The position numbers and the translations under genes were made by a program. A DNA stretch of 64,000 nucleotides from an uncultured Fibrobacterota bacterium (GTDB lineage: Bacteria > Fibrobacterota > Chitinivibrionia > Chitinivibrionales > FEN-1185), in assembly GCA_963753345.1 (NCBI GenBank), contig CAVWBU010000024.1, positions 192,001 through 256,000 on the forward strand. The letters run 5' to 3'. Shown here piece by piece: positions 27,441-36,256 of this stretch. Positions within the stretch are counted from its first letter, which is position 1; every line of letters starts with the position of its first letter. The notes beneath the pieces were generated by a model. It saw nothing but the letters and a program-made list of their open reading frames with translations. It made no database searches and was not told where the DNA came from.

Positions 27441-29087
27441 CTATTGTCGCGCGACCAAGTCCTGTTTCACGATTCCCTTTACGGCCCAGGGGGTCTGCGG
27501 CCGGCCCATCCGGGAAATCGTCTCGCGGTCGTGCGGTATCGGGTTCGATTCGTGAAACAGGTGGTACTGAATCGCCGAGCGCGCCACGGTGCGCACCCGC
27601 ACGCCAGCGACCTTGAACCGGTTGGAAAGGTTGTTGTCCTCGAGCCCCCTGCCCACGATGCTCTCCTCGTAGCCGTTGACACGAAAGAAATCCCCCGTAA
27701 ACACCGAAAAGTTGCTGCCGAGGATGCAGTAGTTTTTCCCGGCCGCCCGTTTCCATCCGTCCTCGAGGGCGGCCACGACCGGCGCGCGCACGCCGTGCCT
27801 GGAGCTTCCCTGCTCGGCGTGGCCGAACCAGAACGACATTCGCTCCAGCCGCCCGCTTTCCACGTCGTCGAGCGTGAGCGCGGAGGTGAGCTGTTTGTCA
27901 AGCATCACGCGCCTGCCGGAAAGCACGGTCCCCACGCGGCGCGCGCGCAGATGGCTGTGCAAAAACCGCCGGTGCGGCACCGAGTCGCCGTCGATGAAGC
28001 AGAGGTAGTCGCTGCGCGACCGCAGCGCGGCCCTGTTGGCGATCATGGTCTTTCTGAACCCGCAATGCTCCTGCCGCACATGCGCTACGGGATAGCGGAA
28101 GCGGCCCTGCCACTTGTCAATTACGCCGGCGACCTCCGGCCCCGACCCGTCGTCGGCGACGACCACTTCGAAGTCGCCGACGGTCTGGCGTGCAAGACCG
28201 GCAAGGACTTTCTCAAGGAAATCCGGCCTCTGGTGAACAGCAACAATCACCGATAGTGCGGGCCGGCACAGATAGACCAGGTCGTTCTTACGGTACGCCT
28301 CCGTGATCACGCGCAGCGGATGGGTGCAAGCGCGCGCCGAGGGCCGCGCGCGGAACGTTGCGCGGATAAAGTGGTGCACGAACACGTCGCCGGCGATCAT
28401 GCACTGCCGGGCGCGGCCGTCTTCGCTCTGCGACTTTACACAACGGAGTTGCAGGTCCCAGTCCGGCGCGGCGGCCGTCTCGTTCCATTGCCCGATCCGT
28501 TCGAAGAGGTCCCTTCTCGCCACCACCGCGTTGCCGGAAATGCCGGGATACATAAAGCGCGCGAAGTCCCTGCGTCTCTTGTCGGTAAACCTCTCCCAGT
28601 TGCCGTACATGCGGCCTATGAGCTTGCCAAGATCGCGCGCGGCGTACCGGATTCCGGATGCGGCGCGGAGCCGCTGCAGGGCGTTTATCCTCCGCCAGCG
28701 CCGCATGAAGCGCTTCGTCTTTTCAGGAGATTCCATGGTCTCGATGCCGCAGGGCGATATCGCATCGAGCTTGTAGTCGTCCATGTAGCCGATGAGGGTC
28801 GCGTCCCAGGCTCTTGACAGATAGATGTCGTTGTTGAGGAACGCAACATAGTCGCCCATGGCCTTTTTGAGGCCCAGGTTCTGCGAGCAGCCATAGCAGA
28901 GGTTGTGCGGATTGCGGATCACCTCCGCGCCGTTTTCCTCAAAAAAATCGGCCGAGCCGTCGCGGGAGCCGTTGTCGACCACCACGAGCTGATAGGGCTG
29001 CGACGTGTACTTCTCGAGCGACTCCAGGAACAGCCTGGAGTACTCGATCTGGTTGTGGACCGCGGTGACAACGGACAGCTTCTTCAT
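27441..29087 (-). CDS. Two-domain glycosyltransferase family 2
   Basis: Two GT-A domains: VVDNGS...FLNND and VADDGS...FIDGD, with GRGLED. Confidence 0.9.
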   Translation of the reverse strand: MKKLSVVTAVHNQIEYSRLFLESLEKYTSQPYQLVVVDNGSRDGSADFFEENGAEVIRNPHNLCYGCSQNLGLKKAMGDYVAFLNNDIYLSRAWDATLIGYMDDYKLDAISPCGIETMESPEKTKRFMRRWRRINALQRLRAASGIRYAARDLGKLIGRMYGNWERFTDKRRRDFARFMYPGISGNAVVARRDLFERIGQWNETAAAPDWDLQLRCVKSQSEDGRARQCMIAGDVFVHHFIRATFRARPSARACTHPLRVITEAYRKNDLVYLCRPALSVIVAVHQRPDFLEKVLAGLARQTVGDFEVVVADDGSGPEVAGVIDKWQGRFRYPVAHVRQEHCGFRKTMIANRAALRSRSDYLCFIDGDSVPHRRFLHSHLRARRVGTVLSGRRVMLDKQLTSALTLDDVESGRLERMSFWFGHAEQGSSRHGVRAPVVAALEDGWKRAAGKNYCILGSNFSVFTGDFFRVNGYEESIVGRGLEDNNLSNRFKVAGVRVRTVARSAIQYHLFHESNPIPHDRETISRMGRPQTPWAVKGIVKQDLVARQ

Positions 29088-29093
29088 CGCGCC

Positions 29094-29921
29094 TTACCTT
29101 TTGACAATGCCAAGGTCGGCCCACGCCTTTGCGGGAAAGCAGTATGCAAGCACCGCCTCCCTGTCGTGCGGGACCGGGTCCGATTCGTGGAACAGGTGGT
29201 ACTGGAGCGCGACCCGGGTGACCGAGCGCACGGCGGCGCCCGAAAGTTTGAGCCGCTCGCGAAGGTTGTCGTCCTCCAGGCCCCTGCCCACGATGCCCTC
29301 GTCGTATCCGTTGACGGAACAGAAATCGTCCTTAAACAGCGAAAAATTGCTGCCGTACATCGAATATCCCTTTTTCCGCAGGTTCGAAAACCGCTGCAGC
29401 GCGGGGGCATACAGTCCGTGCTTGCGGTCGGACGGGTCGCAGTGGTTCCACCAGAGCCAGGGGCGCTCGATGCGGCCCGACAACACGTCGTCGTTTGTCA
29501 ATTTATCGGTGAGGAATTTGTCGAGCATCACACGCCTGCCGCCGAGCACGAAGCCGCGACGGCGATACCGAACATGGTTTTCCAGGAACCGCCGGTGAAG
29601 GATGCAGTCGCCGTCGATGAACGCAAGGTACTCGGACGACGACGACGCGACCGCCGCGTTGGCGATGGCGGTCTTGCGGAACCCCTGATGCTCGTGCCGG
29701 ACGTGCACGATGGGCCGCCCGAACCGCGGCGAGTACTGTTTGACAAGATCGACTATTGCCGGGCCCGAACCGTCGTCGGCCACCACGGTCTCGAAGTCCC
29801 CGAGGGTCTGGTTTACAAGCGACAAGAAAACCTTTTCGAGAAAATCGGGCCTCTGGTACACCGCCACAATGAGCGACACGAGCGGCCGGTTCCCGGCCGA
29901 AGCAGGCCTTGCGCTCATCAT
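29094..29921 (-). CDS. Glycosyltransferase family 2
   Basis: Motifs VADDGS, GFRKT, FIDGD, VNGYDE and GRGLEDD. It is a paralogue of the C-terminal domain of the downstream gene. Confidence 0.9.
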   Translation of the reverse strand: MMSARPASAGNRPLVSLIVAVYQRPDFLEKVFLSLVNQTLGDFETVVADDGSGPAIVDLVKQYSPRFGRPIVHVRHEHQGFRKTAIANAAVASSSSEYLAFIDGDCILHRRFLENHVRYRRRGFVLGGRRVMLDKFLTDKLTNDDVLSGRIERPWLWWNHCDPSDRKHGLYAPALQRFSNLRKKGYSMYGSNFSLFKDDFCSVNGYDEGIVGRGLEDDNLRERLKLSGAAVRSVTRVALQYHLFHESDPVPHDREAVLAYCFPAKAWADLGIVKR

Positions 29922-30667
29922 GCCTCACCGCAATTCTTTTTGATCCGCCGCGACCAGTCCTCCGATGCGTACCCGCCGCGCGACTTGACACCCACGTACA
30001 CGTCCCACAGCGATCCGAAATCGATGAGCCACGATGTTGCGCCCAGGTCGGGATACAGCCGGTGAATGAGCACGTTGGCGGTCATGGACGCCGAAAACGC
30101 AAACACCGCGGGACCGGACCGCAAGAAATACTCGCGCGCCTGCGCTTCGGTCTCGCGCCGTGCGGTGTAGCAGTTCTTGAGCGGCACCTCTATGAAATGA
30201 TCGTAGGGAAACAACATGCTCTTTACGCCGCGAAGGTGCGCCGGACCCACCACCACCACCTTCATGGCCCGGAGCTGCTTTACGAGAGGGAACAGAGTCG
30301 CGTCGTTGTTTGCATAGTGGAACACGTCGGCGTCGTGCCAGTCCAGCGCAACCGCGTTGGCGTCGAGAAACGCGCGGATGGCGGTCCCCATGTCGCGGAT
30401 GGCACGGTATTGCATGCCGCACCAGTAGGCCGGGCGCGAAACGAGCGCCTCGCGCAAATCTGCGCCGAGTTCGGGAAAAAACTCGTGGCCGTCGCAGTTT
30501 TCGCCGGGACGGCCCAGTATGGCGTTCCATTCCCCGTCGCCGAACCGGGAGAACGAAAAGGGCTTCCCCGCGGCCATCATCGAAACATAGTGCGACACCG
30601 GCCTGGCCTTCACCCGCACGAGCGAGCCCGGAAGATATTTCTGGCGAAATCGTTCAACAAATCTCAA
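29918..30667 (-). CDS. GT-D fold (DUF1792-like) putative glycosyltransferase
   Basis: Motifs FSRFGDGE and IDFGS.WD. The TTG start after AGAGGA was chosen; the ORF track extends to 30796. Confidence 0.6.
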   Translation of the reverse strand: MRFVERFRQKYLPGSLVRVKARPVSHYVSMMAAGKPFSFSRFGDGEWNAILGRPGENCDGHEFFPELGADLREALVSRPAYWCGMQYRAIRDMGTAIRAFLDANAVALDWHDADVFHYANNDATLFPLVKQLRAMKVVVVGPAHLRGVKSMLFPYDHFIEVPLKNCYTARRETEAQAREYFLRSGPAVFAFSASMTANVLIHRLYPDLGATSWLIDFGSLWDVYVGVKSRGGYASEDWSRRIKKNCGEA

Positions 30668-30897
30668 GCGGTTTCCTCTTTGTTGCAGTGGCGCGGGAAG
30701 ACTGCGACGGCGCCCTGAGGCATGCCCCGGGGCCACGCGCCGGCGGACCCTATCAAAATACATTTTCTCGGCGCGGAGCCATACGGCCGTCGTCAAATCG
30801 AAACTGCGGCGCGGTCCTTTTCATTTGCGTCCAGAGCGGACATTGCCGCGCCGGTATATACTATATTTTTCGAACGACATTTTGTGCGGGAAACCCC

Positions 30898-31575
30898 ATG
30901 CTCGACTACATTCTCCTCCAATTCCAGCGCCTGCGCGGCCGGCGCCGTTACTTCCTTGCAAAGAACCGTCTTTACGGCCAGCGCGACTATTGGAACTGGC
31001 TCGCCGACGGAAAGCCGGCTGCGGTGCCGCATATTGTCAAGCAGATGGCCGTCAAGGAGTATGCGCGGCGGTTCGGGACCCGCGTGTTCATCGAAACAGG
31101 CACGTTTCTGGGAGAAATGATCGACGCGGTGCATCCGCTGTTCTCCCGCGTCTATTCCATCGAGCTGGCCGACCGGTTCTTCCGGGAGGCCCGGCACTAT
31201 TTTCGCGGGCTGCCCCACGTCACCATCGTGCACGGCGACAGCGGCTCCCGGCTCCCCGAGCTTCTCTCCTCCGTCAATGAGCCCGCATTGTTCTGGCTCG
31301 ACGGGCACTACTCCGGCGGGGACACGGCGCACGGCGCGCAGCCCACGCCCATTGTCGCCGAGCTGCGCGCCATTCTGGGCCATTTTGTCAAGAGCCACGT
31401 CGTCCTCATCGACGATGCGCGCTGCTTTACCGGCAGCGGCGGGTATCCCACCCTTCGCGACGTGTACGACCTGGTGCGGCCCGAAGAACGCGGCCTTCGC
31501 ATGGAACTCCGCGACGACATCGTCCGCATTTGTCCGGACATTGGCCCGCTCGAGACGTTTTCGCGCCCCGCGTGA
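30898..31575 (+). CDS. SAM-dependent methyltransferase-like protein
   Basis: Motifs FIETGTFLG, SIEL, GDS, FWLDGH.S and LIDDAR. Confidence 0.75.
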   Translation: MLDYILLQFQRLRGRRRYFLAKNRLYGQRDYWNWLADGKPAAVPHIVKQMAVKEYARRFGTRVFIETGTFLGEMIDAVHPLFSRVYSIELADRFFREARHYFRGLPHVTIVHGDSGSRLPELLSSVNEPALFWLDGHYSGGDTAHGAQPTPIVAELRAILGHFVKSHVVLIDDARCFTGSGGYPTLRDVYDLVRPEERGLRMELRDDIVRICPDIGPLETFSRPA

Positions 31576-31602
31576 TCTCGTTGCACGCCCGCACTCGGCA
31601 GG

Positions 31603-32421
31603 CTACCCTGCATGCTTCACAAAATGCAATCCGGCGTCAAAGTGGGTCGCGGTCGGCTCGGCCGCGTAAAGTCTGGGGTTGTCGATCCGCATTCCTCCGA
31701 GAAACGCCCTGTTAATCTCCTCCGGCGAAACGCCGGCGTTCCATGTTTCTCCCTCGTCCTGAACACGGTTGAGCGGATTGTTGAATACCACGGCGTCAAG
31801 GGGCGCCAGGGCCTTCTTTATCCGTTTGACCCACCAGCGATGGCGGTACGCGTGCATCCTGCCTTCAAGGGAGTTGGGGGCCGCAAACGAAATCTCCCGG
31901 ATGATCTTTTTGATATGCGCGGCATGAAAGATATTGCCGTCGATGCTGAAGGGATAATTCCACGTGACCGGTTTTCTTTTGGAATAATTCCATTTCCACT
32001 CAAGGTACGGCTCGGCAACAATAAATTCCGGGGGCATGTCGCACCCATACCTCCTGCTTGCGCGCAGGCTTACAAACAGGTGCTCTTGTGTGAATGCGTC
32101 GAGCGTCTCTGCAAGCGAGGCTTTGCGGTGCACGACGTCGTCGTCGACCAGGAACATCGCCAGAGCCTCATCGTCGAGCCTGTTGCACAGCGCCGCCACG
32201 TCGCCGCGAAACGATTGTTCCTGCCGCCACAGCAGCCCGTCTGCCGCCGTCTCCCGCTGCGCGAGTTCGTATCCCGCCGCAAACGCGGGGGACGTCGCCC
32301 TGTGCAGCACCGTGATGCTGGTGCAGGGCGCATAAAAATGATCGCTAAGGCTTTGCAGGAGAGACAGGACCTGACAGGCGCGGTCCTTGGAAAAGATTAC
32401 GATATGAAGATCTCGAGACAT
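31603..32421 (-). CDS. Putative GT-A fold glycosyltransferase
   Basis: Motifs IVIFSKDRACQ, FLVDDDV (DxD) and YPFSIDG. Located downstream of msbA. Confidence 0.6.
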   Translation of the reverse strand: MSRDLHIVIFSKDRACQVLSLLQSLSDHFYAPCTSITVLHRATSPAFAAGYELAQRETAADGLLWRQEQSFRGDVAALCNRLDDEALAMFLVDDDVVHRKASLAETLDAFTQEHLFVSLRASRRYGCDMPPEFIVAEPYLEWKWNYSKRKPVTWNYPFSIDGNIFHAAHIKKIIREISFAAPNSLEGRMHAYRHRWWVKRIKKALAPLDAVVFNNPLNRVQDEGETWNAGVSPEEINRAFLGGMRIDNPRLYAAEPTATHFDAGLHFVKHAG

Positions 32422-32474
32422 CGTGGTTTGGTTGCGGACGGGCGCACAAGGGGAAAGCAGGCACGCCTCGGCCG

Positions 32475-34310
32475 TTACGCGGTCGCCTGCATAAACTGGA
32501 TCTGATGGAGATACTTGTATCGTTTGTTAAGCTTCATGAGCTCGTCGTGCGTTCCCTGTTCGGTGAGCCGCCCGTCCTCCAGCACCAGGATCCGGTCGGC
32601 GCGCGCAATGGTCGACAGCCGGTGCGCCACCACAAGCGCCGTGCGGTCCTTCATGAGGGTGTTGATCGCGCTTTGCACCAGCCGCTCCGATTCGGTGTCC
32701 AGCGCGGACGTGGCCTCGTCGAGGATGAGGATCTGCGGGTTCTTGAGCAGGGCGCGCGCAATGGCCAGGCGCTGGCGCTGGCCGCCCGACAGCATGACGC
32801 CACGCTCGCCGATTACCGTTGAAAGCCCGCGGGGCATTTTCTCGATAAACTCCCAGGCCTGCGCCGCTTTGGCCGCCTCGACGATGGCTTCGAGCGGCGC
32901 GCCGGTTATGCCGTACGAAATATTGTTCTGCACGGTATCGTTGAACAGCACCGTCTCCTGCGACACGATCCCGAACAGGCTGCGCAGGCCGACCAGGTCG
33001 AATTCCCTTGTGTCAATGCCGTCGATGGTGATGGAACCGCCCGAGATGTCGTAGAAGCGCGGCAGCAGGTCCAGAATGGTAGTCTTGCCGCTGCCGCTCG
33101 ACCCCACGAGCGCGACCACCTGGCCCTTCGCAACCGTAAAGCTCACGTTGCGGATCACTTCCTCTTCGCATCCGGGGTAGGTGAAGCGCACGTCGGCCAG
33201 CCTAATCTCGTGTTCAAACGCCGGCGCCACGCTCGCGGCCACGCTCGGCAGCTTCTCCGGCGGCGTGTCGAGAATGGCGAACACCCGGTCGGCCGCGGCG
33301 AGCCCTGCCTGAATGGAGTTGTTTACCTGCGAGAGCGATTTGAGCGGCTGGAACATGATGAACAGAAAGGCCAGGAACCGAACGAAATCCTCGCCGGTAA
33401 ATCCTTTTCCCATGAGAACGTCGCGGCCGCCCAGCCAGAGCAGCGCGGCAACCATGAAAATGCCGAGCGTTTCGGTAAGCGGACTCGACATCGCATTAAA
33501 GACCTGGACGCGAAAGCTGGTCTTGGTGAACCGCCTGTTCTCGGCCCGAAACTTCGCTTCCTCCGCCTCGTTCATGTTGAACATCTTGACGACACGGATG
33601 CAGTTCACCGTCTCGTTCATTATGGAAGAAAGTCCGGATATTATTTCGAGCGAACGCCTGCTTCTGCGGCGGACCGTTCTTCCGATTTGCACGACGAGCA
33701 CGCCGAGAATGGGATAAATGCCGAACACGAACAGCGTGAGTTTGGGGCTTATGATGATAAGGACGGTAATGAAGAAAATCAGCCGGAGCGGGTCGGTGAC
33801 GATCTTTTCGAACGTCCCCGTCATCGAATTGTTGATTGCGGCGATATCGTTGAACATGAGGGAAATGATATTACCCGACCGGTTGCGGTCGTAATAGGTT
33901 ACCGGCAGGACGAGGGCGTGGGAATACAAGTGGTTGCGCATGTCGCGCGTGATGAAGAAATTAAGGTTGCCGGTGACCAGCCCCTTGACATAAGAAAAGA
34001 TGTTCTTCGCGAGGAAAAATAGGATAAGCCACAGGCAGACGATCTTGAGCGTGTCGAAAACGTTGTCGCGCTTGACAAGAAGATAGGTCCAGTATTTGAG
34101 GACCTCGTTGGCGTTGTTGATGGAAAACGCGGGCCGCGCCATGGTGAAGGATTCCGGCTTGAAAATCGACTTGATGAGGGGCCCGAAGAACCACAGGGAC
34201 AGGGATTCGAACGTCACCACGAGGAGCGAGAGGACCACCGTGAGCACCAGCATGGGGATGTACGGCTTGAGGTAGCCGAGCATGCGGAGATACTGTTTAA
34301 AGTGGTTCAT
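32475..34310 (-). CDS. msbA: Lipid A exporter MsbA-like ABC transporter
   Basis: Transmembrane domain plus nucleotide-binding domain (GSSGSGKT, LSGGQRQR, ILDEATSALD), in an LPS glycosyltransferase context. Confidence 0.85.
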   Translation of the reverse strand: MNHFKQYLRMLGYLKPYIPMLVLTVVLSLLVVTFESLSLWFFGPLIKSIFKPESFTMARPAFSINNANEVLKYWTYLLVKRDNVFDTLKIVCLWLILFFLAKNIFSYVKGLVTGNLNFFITRDMRNHLYSHALVLPVTYYDRNRSGNIISLMFNDIAAINNSMTGTFEKIVTDPLRLIFFITVLIIISPKLTLFVFGIYPILGVLVVQIGRTVRRRSRRSLEIISGLSSIMNETVNCIRVVKMFNMNEAEEAKFRAENRRFTKTSFRVQVFNAMSSPLTETLGIFMVAALLWLGGRDVLMGKGFTGEDFVRFLAFLFIMFQPLKSLSQVNNSIQAGLAAADRVFAILDTPPEKLPSVAASVAPAFEHEIRLADVRFTYPGCEEEVIRNVSFTVAKGQVVALVGSSGSGKTTILDLLPRFYDISGGSITIDGIDTREFDLVGLRSLFGIVSQETVLFNDTVQNNISYGITGAPLEAIVEAAKAAQAWEFIEKMPRGLSTVIGERGVMLSGGQRQRLAIARALLKNPQILILDEATSALDTESERLVQSAINTLMKDRTALVVAHRLSTIARADRILVLEDGRLTEQGTHDELMKLNKRYKYLHQIQFMQATA

Positions 34311-34458
34311 CGAACGTTCCTGTTGCGCGGCGCCGACGCGCCTGCGGTACGAAGAAAATACCTCAACGAAGGAATATCATCAACAGATTCGCGCGCGAAG
34401 TTTGTGGAGGCGCGCGAGAAACCGATACTATATTAGTTGATCCAAGGATCGATGTCTC

Positions 34459-35208
34459 ATGCCGTTCTCCCTTGTCCCGAGCGAGCCTTCGATGAGATGG
34501 GGCAGAAAAAACGTTGCGGGATTGATTGTCCTCTGTTGTTCCTTTTTGGCAATGGGCCAGCAGCAGGAGCTTTCATTCTCCTCGCGTCAACTATATGCCG
34601 CCGTAAGCCTCGCCTACAGCGCCCGCGCGGGGTACATCGATTTCGACAGCCCGCAAAAGAGCGTCGCCGTGGCAAAACCGGACCTGCTTGCGCTCGGGCT
34701 CACGGCGGGATTCCGCTTTCCCCTCACTCGTCTGCTGCGCGCGCAACTCGGCCTGGCATTCGATGCGGGCGCAGCCACCGACGACACCCTGTTCACCGCC
34801 CAGCCGTCTCTTGACAATTACTACTACTACCGCATCTCGTTTGAACCCTCGCTCCACTGTGCGCTCGCGCCGCCGTCGTGGCGCGCGGTCCCCTTTGCGG
34901 TGCTCGGCGCGGGCGTCAACGCTGTCTACGTGGACGAGCGGACGTTTTTTGCAAGCGACCCGGGCCAGGAGGTGATCTACACCGACCGGTACTATGTCAA
35001 GCAGTGGTCGTGGTCGGTGAGCGCCAGCGCGGGCCTCGGACTCGACGTGCGGCTCACCCGTCGCATGGGAATCACCCTTGTCTCAACCTTTCGCTGGCTG
35101 TATCCCGTGTCCTGGGACGTCCAGGAGGATTTTCCGCTGTATGCGCTTCACTACACCGAAACGCTCTACGGCGACGTGACGTGGCTGGGCGTGACCTTCC
35201 GCATGTAA
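34459..35208 (+). CDS. Outer-membrane beta-barrel protein
   Basis: Signal-like segment, beta-strand pattern (PFAVLGAGV, AGLGLDV) and a C-terminal WLGVTFRM. Confidence 0.7.
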   Translation: MPFSLVPSEPSMRWGRKNVAGLIVLCCSFLAMGQQQELSFSSRQLYAAVSLAYSARAGYIDFDSPQKSVAVAKPDLLALGLTAGFRFPLTRLLRAQLGLAFDAGAATDDTLFTAQPSLDNYYYYRISFEPSLHCALAPPSWRAVPFAVLGAGVNAVYVDERTFFASDPGQEVIYTDRYYVKQWSWSVSASAGLGLDVRLTRRMGITLVSTFRWLYPVSWDVQEDFPLYALHYTETLYGDVTWLGVTFRM

Positions 35209-35217
35209 ATCGCGGCG

Positions 35218-35955
35218 TCAGCGCCCGTGCTCCGGCAGCACCGCGCTCCTGACGAATCCGCACAATACCACGGCGGCAAGCTCGGTACGGAGCCGGTTCC
35301 CGGAGAGGGATACGAACACCGCCTTGCGGGACATGAGCGCCGTACTTTCCTTAGGAGAAAATCCTCCCGGCGGGCCCACAAAGCAGGACACGAACGGCGC
35401 ATCCCGCACAACGCCGGCCGCCAGAGGCAGGGGCGCGCCCTTTTCGTCGGCAACAAGCGCCGGGCATCCCTCGCCCGCCGAAAGCGCCTCGGAAAATGCC
35501 GTCGGCCGGGCGAGAAGCGGCAGCCAGGCGCTGCGCGCCTGCTTGATTCCCGCGATCATTTTGGCGCGCAGCCGCGCCTCGTGTTTTTCCCACGCCCGCC
35601 ACCACGGCTCCCGGCAGGACTCGCACAGGACCGGGACAATGGCCGCCGCGCCGAGCGCGGCCAGGTCCTGCACGAGGCCGCCGAATTCCTCTTTGTCGCA
35701 CAGGCCCACGCACATGCGGACCTCGGGCGCAGCCCTCTCTGTTGTCACCATTTTCTCGACCGACAGCTGCGCCCCGTCGGGTGCCCGTCGTCCGGCGCGG
35801 CATTCGAAGATACGCCCCTTTCCGTCGGTGACGCGGAGCATTTGGTCCCGCGCGGCGCGCACCGCCGAAAACGCATGCCGGCATTCCTCTTTGTCGAGGA
35901 ATACCGCGCCGTTTTCGATGCGCGACGAAAAGAAGAGAAAGTGGGACGGGTCCGT
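35218..35955 (-). CDS. rsmE: 16S rRNA (uracil1498-N3)-methyltransferase
   Basis: Motifs H...VRA, VTDGKG, KQARS, VGPPGGFS.KE and L..NRLRTELA. The start is uncertain; the best ribosome-binding site precedes an ACG at 35955. Confidence 0.88.
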   Translation of the reverse strand, partial: TDPSHFLFFSSRIENGAVFLDKEECRHAFSAVRAARDQMLRVTDGKGRIFECRAGRRAPDGAQLSVEKMVTTERAAPEVRMCVGLCDKEEFGGLVQDLAALGAAAIVPVLCESCREPWWRAWEKHEARLRAKMIAGIKQARSAWLPLLARPTAFSEALSAGEGCPALVADEKGAPLPLAAGVVRDAPFVSCFVGPPGGFSPKESTALMSRKAVFVSLSGNRLRTELAAVVLCGFVRSAVLPEHGR

Positions 35956-36008
35956 GGCCTGTTTCTCCGGTTGATGGGTTGACCAGGTGACGCATGAACG
36001 CGTCGACC

Positions 36009-36203
36009 TCAATCTTCCACTACGATCGCGTCCACCGGGCAATTCGCCGCAGCTTCGCGGCACTTGTCCTTGAGCTCCACGGGAACGCGGTCCGTCGCGG
36101 GTTTTGCCACGTTGAACTCATCGTCCATCACAAAAACTTCGGGACACGTGTCGGCGCACAGGCCGCACCCGATGCAAACATCTTTCTTCACCGTCGCCTT
36201 CAT
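36009..36203 (-). CDS. Monocluster ferredoxin
   Basis: CIGCGLC...CPEVF...AA.NCPVDAI with an AGGAGG ribosome-binding site. Confidence 0.93.
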   Translation of the reverse strand: MKATVKKDVCIGCGLCADTCPEVFVMDDEFNVAKPATDRVPVELKDKCREAAANCPVDAIVVED

Positions 36204-36256
36204 GAAATCCTCCTGGATGCCGTTTCGGAAAAAATAACTTGCAGCACCGGCCGGGA

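Noticed and set aside
30310-30897. Long N-terminal extension of ORF 30310..31575
   Set aside because: It overlaps the divergent GT-D-like gene. The plausible start is 30898.
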